Under the pieces are notes generated by a model, which was given only the letters and a program-made list of their open reading frames with translations, was not told where the DNA came from and did no database searches. Below are positions 57,080 through 64,000 of a stretch of 64,000 nucleotides of DNA, piece after piece (position 1 is the stretch's first letter; every line of letters starts with the position of its first letter). The DNA lies in the NCBI GenBank assembly GCA_032249235.1, contig JAVVGF010000001.1:80064-144063 (forward strand). The letters run 5' to 3'. This DNA comes from Thermoproteota archaeon. GTDB taxonomy: Archaea; Thermoproteota; Thermoprotei; Gearchaeales; Gearchaeaceae. The translations under genes were made by a program, and so were the position numbers.

Positions 57080-58084
57080 CTTCCATAATTCTTCTTCCTC
57101 ATCTTCTTTCATAACATCGATTATTCCATCTTTACTTACTATTTCGCAACCGGATTCCTTCAATTCTCCTATGATTGAATATGCTATCTTATTTCTTTTC
57201 ATAAATTCTTCGAAATCATCTTTTTTATTCTTTTTTATTACGCAAATCATGCAACCTGAACTTAAAGATTTCAATGGATTCAGATTCAATTCTTTTAATA
57301 TTTTCTTAGTTAAATCTAGGATTAACATCTTTTCTTCATAAACTTTAAATCCTACCTCTAAAAATTCAGCTAATTCTTTCAAAGCTACAATCATTCCTCC
57401 TTCTGTTGGATCATGTGCATAAACAGCTAACCTATTCTCAAAAATTTTTAAGCCTACATCATATATAGAAAGTTCTTCGATTAGTTTCTTTGCTTCCTCT
57501 ATTTCTTCCTTCTTGATTTTGCTGGAAAGTTTATCTTCGTAATCGTAAGCTAATATTGCAGTGGCTTCAAGAGCTAATGGCTTAATTTGAACAATCAAAT
57601 ATTCCTCTGGCTTTTCTTTTATCCTTTTTAATTCTTTTAATCTTTCTTCATAATCTTCTAACATCTCTCCAACTATCGTCGTTACTACCAAGGGATTATT
57701 GACGATAGGACTGAATTCTACATGTCCTCCTACAATAGAGATGTTCATTTTTCTAGCTATGTTGCTTGCCTGTTCTTGTATTTCCTCAGCATCTTCTATT
57801 GAAGAGTTTTGTGGCAAAATTATGCATAGCGTTGCGAACTTTGGTTTAGCACCAATAGCTACAATATCATTACTTGCAATCATCATAGCAAGTTTTCCAA
57901 TATTCTTCTTTGCTCCTGTTATAGGATCACTATGGATCGCTATAACTTCTTTTGTTTTCAAAATCGCAGAATCTGCACCTACCTTAGGTCCTAGTAAAAC
58001 TTCTTTGCCTAGTATTCCTACTTTATTCAAAATTTTTTCTCTTATTTCCTTTATTCTCAATTTTCCTAGTCTTTTATTTTCCAT
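57065..58084 (-). CDS. AIR-synthase-related (PurM/HypE-like) protein
   Basis: 'IHSDPITGAKKNIGKLAMMIASNDIVAIGAKP' follows the PurM-superfamily N-domain pattern. There is no C-terminal PRIC motif, so it is not a bona fide HypE. Confidence 0.6.
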   Translation of the reverse strand: MENKRLGKLRIKEIREKILNKVGILGKEVLLGPKVGADSAILKTKEVIAIHSDPITGAKKNIGKLAMMIASNDIVAIGAKPKFATLCIILPQNSSIEDAEEIQEQASNIARKMNISIVGGHVEFSPIVNNPLVVTTIVGEMLEDYEERLKELKRIKEKPEEYLIVQIKPLALEATAILAYDYEDKLSSKIKKEEIEEAKKLIEELSIYDVGLKIFENRLAVYAHDPTEGGMIVALKELAEFLEVGFKVYEEKMLILDLTKKILKELNLNPLKSLSSGCMICVIKKNKKDDFEEFMKRNKIAYSIIGELKESGCEIVSKDGIIDVMKEDEEEELWKLFSF

Positions 58085-58121
58085 GATATGATTTTTTATC
58101 TAAAAAGGAAGTTATAATTAG

Positions 58122-58661
58122 ATGGAGGAGTTATTGATTGAGAATTATTTCAGTTATGAAACATCAAAAGTTAAAGTTAAGGTTCTGAAGGATCATGCTC
58201 AGGTAACTTTCTTAGGTAATGTATATGGACCTTTTATCAAAGATAAGGAAATAGAATTACCTAGAGCCTTAGCTAGGATTTTAGCAAGTGAAGGGATAAC
58301 AGAATATCCCCATCCTCAAATTACTTTCGATGATATAAGGAAAAGGCATCATCAGGAAAGACAAGCTAAGAATGAATTGAAAAAATTAGAAGAAGATTTT
58401 TATTTACAGGCTAAAGATCTAATATTTCTTGCTGAGAAAAAAATAATAAATGAGAATCCTAAAGAAATAAAACAGCTTATAAATGAAATATGTCTTGTGA
58501 GATTAGAGAAAATGATGAGGGGGATCTTATATGTTGAAGATTTCAATAAGATATCACAGCTTCTAACTTATGAAGAGCGATATCTCTTTTCATCATTAAG
58601 AGAAATAATTAGAACATGGTTAGATGACGTATTGAATAATGCTATCTTGAGAAAAGTATAA
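58122..58661 (+). CDS. GINS complex subunit (Gins23/Gins51 family), immediately upstream of mcm
   Basis: The 179-aa helical protein is called from its position directly abutting mcm, as in the gins-mcm operon described for Sulfolobales. The sequence evidence itself is weak. Confidence 0.5.
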   Translation: MEELLIENYFSYETSKVKVKVLKDHAQVTFLGNVYGPFIKDKEIELPRALARILASEGITEYPHPQITFDDIRKRHHQERQAKNELKKLEEDFYLQAKDLIFLAEKKIINENPKEIKQLINEICLVRLEKMMRGILYVEDFNKISQLLTYEERYLFSSLREIIRTWLDDVLNNAILRKV

Positions 58662-60700
58662 TGGGACAGGAAATAAAGGATTACAAGCAACTTTATAAAA
58701 AATTTTTTAAAGAATATACTGAAGAGGATAAGCCTGTTTATTTATCGAAGATAGGAGAAATGATTTTCTTGAACAATAGATCACTAACAATTTCTCATAA
58801 ACATTTATTTTTCTTCGATAAAGAATTAGGCGACTTACTTCTTAGGAATCCTGAAGAACAATTATATTTTGCTGAAGAGGCTTTGAAAGAGATTATAATT
58901 GAAAAAGATGAGGAGTTTCTAGAAAAAGCTAAAAAGATTTTCGTAAGGGTTAAGGACATTTATCTTGATGAATACAGGCTAAAAATAAGGAACATTCGTG
59001 CAAATTACATAGGTTCTTTAATAGAAATTAGAGGAGTAGTAACGAAGAGCAGTGCAATCAGGCATAAACTCATAAGCGGAAAGTTCTTGTGCGATAGTTG
59101 TGGTAGTATATTTAGTGCAGATTTGGCTTCAATTAAGAAGATAGATGCAATTCGTTGCATTAATTGTGGTTCAAAAGTATCAAAGATATTAGAAAAGAAC
59201 TTCATAGATGTTCAAAGAATAATAGTTCAAGAACCTTTAGAAGAAGTTCCTGCAGGCCAAATACCTAGAACAATAGAAGTATATCTTGAAGGGGATATTG
59301 TAGATTTAGCATATCCTGGAAATCATGTTACCATCACAGGTATATTAAAAGAAAAAAGAGTTTCTTCACAAGATGAGCTTACTTTCTCATCTTATATTCA
59401 CGCAGTAAACTTGGAAGTCAAGGAAAAAGGTTTTGAAGAAGAAGAAGTGACACAGGAAGATTTAGAAGCGATAGAAAAATTAAAATCAAATTACAGAAAC
59501 ATAGGTGATGCAATAGTTGATTCTATTGCTCCTTCAATACATGGCTTAAGGCATATAAAGAAAGCTTTAGCCCTTCAGCTATTTGGTGGTGTGCCAAAAT
59601 TAATGCCAGATGGTGTTAGGATAAGAGGAGATATCCATATTTGTCTAGTAGGTGATCCAGGTACTGCGAAAACACAACTTCTTCGCTATATGGTTCAATT
59701 AGCACCAAAAGGCATCTATACTACAGGCAAAGGAGTTTCGGCAGCAGGTTTAACAGCTGCTGTAGTAAGAGATAAATCTTCTGGAGAATTCTATTTAGAA
59801 GCTGGTGCATTAGTTTTAGCTGATCAAGGATTGGCTGCAATAGATGAAGTCGATAAAATGAGGAATGAAGATAGAGTAGCTATGCATGAAGCGATGGAAC
59901 AGCAAACAGTGAGCATTGCAAAAGCGGGAATTGTAGCAACACTTAATGCTCGTTGTGCTATACTTGCAGCAGCGAATCCTTCACTAGGTAGATTTGAGAG
60001 GAATAAAACAATAGCAGAAAACATAGATTTACCCATTACTCTTCTTTCAAGATTCGATTTAATATTTCCCATCATAGATATTCCAAGCAAAGAAAGCGAT
60101 GCTAAACTTGCATTACATATCTTAGCTATTCATTCAAATAGCGAAGAACCATTCAAGAATATTATCCCGCCTGAACTTCTCAGAAAATATGTAATATATG
60201 CGAGGAAGACGATTCATCCTAAATTATCTCAAGATGCTCAAAAAGAAATTTATGATTTTTATTTGAAAATGAGAGAAATCTCAACAGAAGGACCTGTTGC
60301 AATAACACCTAGACAGCTGGAAGCATTAATAAGATTAACAGAAGCCCATGCTAGAATGAATTTGAGGAATGAGGCTACAAATGAAGATGCTAGAGAAGCC
60401 ATAAATCTTATGAAATACATGATGGATACCACAATGATAGATTATGCAACTAGAAAAGTTGATGTAGATATTTTAATGTCAGGATTACCTAAATCACAAA
60501 GAGATAAATTTGTAAAAATTAGGGATATATTGACTGAATTAAATTACGAAAGAGAAGCAGTTGATCTACAAGAAGTGTTGCAAAGAGCTGAAAAGGAAGG
60601 GATACCTAGCGAGGAAGCTAGGAAAATAATTGAAAAGATGAAAAACGAAGGTGATATTTTTGAGCCTAAAAAAGGTTTCATTAAGAAAACTCCTTCTTGA
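58661..60700 (+). CDS. mcm: MCM replicative helicase
   Basis: A zinc finger 'CDSCGS...CINCGS', Walker A 'LVGDPGTAKTQLL', Walker B 'IDEVDKM' and the arginine finger 'SRFDLIF' are present, with a C-terminal winged helix in 679 aa. Confidence 0.95.
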   Translation: MGQEIKDYKQLYKKFFKEYTEEDKPVYLSKIGEMIFLNNRSLTISHKHLFFFDKELGDLLLRNPEEQLYFAEEALKEIIIEKDEEFLEKAKKIFVRVKDIYLDEYRLKIRNIRANYIGSLIEIRGVVTKSSAIRHKLISGKFLCDSCGSIFSADLASIKKIDAIRCINCGSKVSKILEKNFIDVQRIIVQEPLEEVPAGQIPRTIEVYLEGDIVDLAYPGNHVTITGILKEKRVSSQDELTFSSYIHAVNLEVKEKGFEEEEVTQEDLEAIEKLKSNYRNIGDAIVDSIAPSIHGLRHIKKALALQLFGGVPKLMPDGVRIRGDIHICLVGDPGTAKTQLLRYMVQLAPKGIYTTGKGVSAAGLTAAVVRDKSSGEFYLEAGALVLADQGLAAIDEVDKMRNEDRVAMHEAMEQQTVSIAKAGIVATLNARCAILAAANPSLGRFERNKTIAENIDLPITLLSRFDLIFPIIDIPSKESDAKLALHILAIHSNSEEPFKNIIPPELLRKYVIYARKTIHPKLSQDAQKEIYDFYLKMREISTEGPVAITPRQLEALIRLTEAHARMNLRNEATNEDAREAINLMKYMMDTTMIDYATRKVDVDILMSGLPKSQRDKFVKIRDILTELNYEREAVDLQEVLQRAEKEGIPSEEARKIIEKMKNEGDIFEPKKGFIKKTPS

Positions 60701-62829
60701 AATTGGATATTTCAGAATTAGAAAAATTTGGAATTCCTTCAGAACATATAAATAAGTTAAAAGAAAACGGCTATGTTAGTTTATATCCTCCTCAAATTTT
60801 AGCAATAGAAAAAGGAGTTTTAGATTTTAGGAATGTATTGTTAGCAACTCCTACAGCTTCAGGAAAGACATTCGTTGCGATATTAGCGAGCATTAAGCAT
60901 TTAATAAATGGAGGAAAAGTTTTATATTTATGTCCTTTAAGGGCCCTTGCTTCAGAGAAATATGAAGAATTCAAAAATTTACTTGAATTCAAGACTGCAT
61001 TATCGATAGGAGACTATGACAGTGAAGATCCATGGTTGAAGAATTACGATGTAATCATAAGCACATATGAAAAGGCAGATAGTTTATTGCGACACAAAGC
61101 TCCATGGATAAGCGATGTATCACTAGTAGTTATAGACGAAATACATATGCTTGATAGCGATCGAGGGCCTACACTTGAATTTCTAATAGCTAGATTAAAG
61201 AAGCAAGTTAAAGATGCACAGTTCATTGCATTAAGCGCAACTGCGGTAAATGCTAAAGAGTTGGCTGAATGGTTATCTGCAGAAGCAATTATAAGTAGTT
61301 GGAGACCGGTTCCTTTGAAAGAAGGAGTTTATAGAAATGGTGTAATATATTATAAAGATAATTCTACTAAGAAAATACCTATTCGAAGTGGTATTGCTTT
61401 CATTGACTTAGCGCTTGATATCTTAGATGAGGGAGGACAGGCTTTGATATTCAATTCAACAAGAGCAAATGCTATGAAGAATTCTGAGAGATTAAAAGAT
61501 TTTGTTAAAAAATATCTGACCAAAGATGAATTGAAAGAGCTCAAAGCTCTTGCGGAAAAAATTGAAGAGAATGATTGGCTATCTTCAACACTTAAAGATC
61601 AAATAATCAACGGGGTTGCATTCCATCATGCAGGATTATCTTATAATGCGAGAAGAATTGTTGAAGAAGGTTTTAGAAGTTCTCTTATAAAGGTAGTCTC
61701 ATCTACCACAACATTAGGAGCAGGCATAAACGTTCCAGCTCGTAGGGTTATAATAAATGAAATATCAAGATATTCTGCAGGTCTTGGTTATTCAGAGATA
61801 ATGACTGTTAATGAATATAAACAGCTTGCAGGAAGGGCAGGAAGGCCTAGATATGATATTTATGGCGAAGCGATCATTGTAGCAAAGGGGAAATATGATG
61901 TTGATATATTACTTGAAAATTACATCAAAGGTGAAGGAGAGCCTATTTCTTCGCAAATAAAAGATGAAAAGAGTCTGCGTTCCCATATTTTATCGTTGAT
62001 AGCAAATGAAATAGTTACAAATGAAGAAGAATTGAAGAATATTTTGCGTGAAACTTTTGCTTCAAAGCAAGTTGGCATTCTATTTCTAGAAAGAATTGCA
62101 AATAAAGTAATCAATTATTTACAGCGTGCATCTTTCATAGTTGTTAAAAATCATTACGTTGCTACTCCTTTGGGGAAAAGAGTTTCTGAATTATACATAG
62201 ATCCTTTAACTGCTGAGCAAATAGTTAAAGGATTGAAGAATTTATCTTTTGAATATGTTAATGATGATTTCTATTATCTTTTATTGATATCTTCAACAGA
62301 AGACATGCAAAGATTATCAGTTTTTAAAAGCGAAATAGATATCTTGAGAGATGAATTGGAAATAATTAACAGGAAATATCCTTTCAAATTCGATATATAT
62401 GAAGATGAATCACTTTCAATAATTAAAACAGCGAAGATGTTAAAGAGTTGGATAGACGAAGAAAGAGAAGATGAGATTGCAGATAAATATAGTATTGGTT
62501 TAGGTGATTTGTACAATCTTATTCAAATTGCTAGTTGGATTTGTCATGCTGCAAAGGAAATCTCAAAATTGCTCGGTCATCAAGAAGCTTATAATAAATT
62601 GAGCAAGCTAGAAGAGAGAATTGAAAATGGTGTAAGAGAAGAACTTTTAGAATTAGTTAGAATACCTAAGATTGGAAGAATAAGAGCTAGAATTTTATAC
62701 AATGCAGGCTTCAGAGATATAGAAAAGCTAAGCAAAGCTAAAGAAGAAGAAATAATTTCTTTGCCGATGATAGGGATCGAGACATACAAGAGCATAAAAG
62801 AATTCCTTACAAAAATGAAAACCTTTTAA
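60697..62829 (+). CDS. hel308: Hel308/Hjm Ski2-like DNA helicase
   Basis: 'ATPTASGKTF' is motif I, 'DEIHML' motif II, 'SAT' motif III and 'HHAGL' motif IV. The 710-aa protein has a C-terminal HhH region, and its start overlaps the mcm stop. Confidence 0.9.
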   Translation: MKLDISELEKFGIPSEHINKLKENGYVSLYPPQILAIEKGVLDFRNVLLATPTASGKTFVAILASIKHLINGGKVLYLCPLRALASEKYEEFKNLLEFKTALSIGDYDSEDPWLKNYDVIISTYEKADSLLRHKAPWISDVSLVVIDEIHMLDSDRGPTLEFLIARLKKQVKDAQFIALSATAVNAKELAEWLSAEAIISSWRPVPLKEGVYRNGVIYYKDNSTKKIPIRSGIAFIDLALDILDEGGQALIFNSTRANAMKNSERLKDFVKKYLTKDELKELKALAEKIEENDWLSSTLKDQIINGVAFHHAGLSYNARRIVEEGFRSSLIKVVSSTTTLGAGINVPARRVIINEISRYSAGLGYSEIMTVNEYKQLAGRAGRPRYDIYGEAIIVAKGKYDVDILLENYIKGEGEPISSQIKDEKSLRSHILSLIANEIVTNEEELKNILRETFASKQVGILFLERIANKVINYLQRASFIVVKNHYVATPLGKRVSELYIDPLTAEQIVKGLKNLSFEYVNDDFYYLLLISSTEDMQRLSVFKSEIDILRDELEIINRKYPFKFDIYEDESLSIIKTAKMLKSWIDEEREDEIADKYSIGLGDLYNLIQIASWICHAAKEISKLLGHQEAYNKLSKLEERIENGVREELLELVRIPKIGRIRARILYNAGFRDIEKLSKAKEEEIISLPMIGIETYKSIKEFLTKMKTF

Positions 62830-62851
62830 ATCTTCTCATAATTCTTCATTG

Positions 62852-64000
62852 ATGTTGAGGATAATCCATACTGCAGATCTTCATTTGGGCATAAGCTTTT
62901 CAAACATTTCAAATTCTCCTTCATTTGAGAATATTAGATTTCAAGATTTCTTCAAAAATTTTGAATACATAAAGGATTATGCCATAAAAAACAAAGCAGA
63001 CTTATTCATAATTGCAGGAGATATTTTCCATAATCCAAGACCTTCAATAGAAGCTTTCAATGCTTTCTCGAAGATAATCGGAGATTTGATTAAAAATGGA
63101 ATTCAAGTAGTTGTAACGCTAGGAAATCATGACAGTAGCAAAACTAGAGAGGCTTTGAGCTATTTAAAAAGTTATGTTAATGTTGGCCTAGAGCGTTTTA
63201 TTCTCTTCGATGTTGCAAGCAAGAAGATTATAGCTCTGCATAATGGTGAGAAAGTTAAAATAATTGGATTGCCGTATCCTCATTTCCAATCTGCTTATTC
63301 ATATCAAGAATTCGTTAGCTTCTTTGAAAATAAACTCCAAGAATTGAAAAGCAACGATACCGCAGACTATATGATAGTAGTAGGTCATATATTTGTAGAA
63401 GGAGGCAAGATTGGTTCTGAACAAAGGATTGCTTCATTAAGAGATCATCCTATACCTAAGAGATTATTTAAGGATGTTGATGTTGCATGTTTAGGTCATC
63501 TTCATACACCTCAAGAATTAGATAGTAATATTCTATATTCAGGTTCGATTGAAAGAATAGATTTCGGAGAAGAAAATGAAGAAAAAAGTTTCTTAGACAT
63601 AATTTTAGGAAGCAAATTGGAATTTAAGCGAATTCCTTTGAAGCTAAGACCTATGAAGACTTTCTATCTTAATTTTGAAAATGCATCTATTAATGAAATA
63701 AGCGATAAAATTAAAGCACTCAAATTAGAAGAGGATTCAATAGTAAGATTAAGAATAGAAGTATCTAAGACCACAAATATTTCAGCCTCTTATATTGATA
63801 AAATTATAAGAGAGAATTTCAAGCTTGCAGGTTATAAAATTGAAATAACAAGAAAGAAAGTTGAAGAAACGAGGCTTGCAGCAAAAGCATCAAGTTTCAA
63901 TGAATATCTTGAAAATTATTTGAGAATTAAATACAAGAAATCGGATGAATGGATAAGAAATGTAATCGAAGAAGCTAATAGAATTATTGAAGAAGTAAGG
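62852..64000 (+). CDS. mre11: Mre11 DNA double-strand-break repair nuclease (3' end beyond window)
   Basis: It is not in the ORF track because it runs off the window end. Manual translation gives MLRIIHTADLHLG...IIAGDIFHNPRPS...TLGNHD...GHIF, the phosphoesterase motifs I-IV. Confidence 0.85.
   Translation, partial: MLRIIHTADLHLGISFSNISNSPSFENIRFQDFFKNFEYIKDYAIKNKADLFIIAGDIFHNPRPSIEAFNAFSKIIGDLIKNGIQVVVTLGNHDSSKTREALSYLKSYVNVGLERFILFDVASKKIIALHNGEKVKIIGLPYPHFQSAYSYQEFVSFFENKLQELKSNDTADYMIVVGHIFVEGGKIGSEQRIASLRDHPIPKRLFKDVDVACLGHLHTPQELDSNILYSGSIERIDFGEENEEKSFLDIILGSKLEFKRIPLKLRPMKTFYLNFENASINEISDKIKALKLEEDSIVRLRIEVSKTTNISASYIDKIIRENFKLAGYKIEITRKKVEETRLAAKASSFNEYLENYLRIKYKKSDEWIRNVIEEANRIIEEVR

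Overview
This is an AT-rich, gene-dense archaeal chromosomal window. Coding density is high; about 85 protein genes and 7 tRNA genes are called, 3 of which carry introns. There is no rRNA, CRISPR array, transposase or integrase.

Gene content is almost entirely informational or housekeeping:
- (i) The conserved archaeal cluster aIF2-gamma / PIN / rpoE (Rpo7) / spt4 / DUF359 / rps24e / rps27ae, followed by kae1, bud32, rps15, a DHH-DHHA1 (RecJ-like) gene, a pcc1-like gene and rps3ae.
- (ii) A tRNA-maturation neighbourhood: Trm11, RNase Z, LigT and the CCA-adding enzyme.
- (iii) tatC and tatA, purB, trpS, and a long co-directional array IMPase / trpS / THEP1 / nurA / unknown / herA.
- (iv) sua5, a beta-CASP RNase, srp54 / pus10, rpl21e / rpoF / DUF655, aIF5A, nadK, nob1 and a NOL1/NOP2/Sun methylase.
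- (v) A preQ0/archaeosine cluster (queD, queC, folE2) next to a radical-SAM gene and a DUF255 gene.
- (vi) A replication and repair super-cluster: orc1/cdc6, a wHTH gene, rfcS, rfcL, a PurM-like gene, a GINS subunit, mcm, hel308 and a 5'-partial mre11 running off the window end.

Several features (eL13 present, a SmAP3-like Sm protein, separate Kae1 and Bud32, gins-mcm adjacency, introns in several tRNAs) suggest a TACK/Thermoproteota-like or DPANN-like archaeon rather than a typical euryarchaeon. This is inference only.

The most unusual observations are:
- an rpl15e gene apparently split, with an eL13 module inserted and fused to the eL15 C-terminal tail;
- a nurA / unknown 220-aa / herA operon detached from mre11;
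- a tandem pair of FMN-binding split-barrel domains, the second fused to a MenA-like UbiA prenyltransferase;
- a decayed zone bounded by tRNA-Met and tRNA-Arg, holding a frameshifted geranylgeranyl-reductase pseudogene and a degraded MNT/HEPN toxin-antitoxin pair.

No classical defence island or mobile element was recognised. All homology calls rest on motif recognition from the translated ORFs and remembered family signatures, not on database searches.
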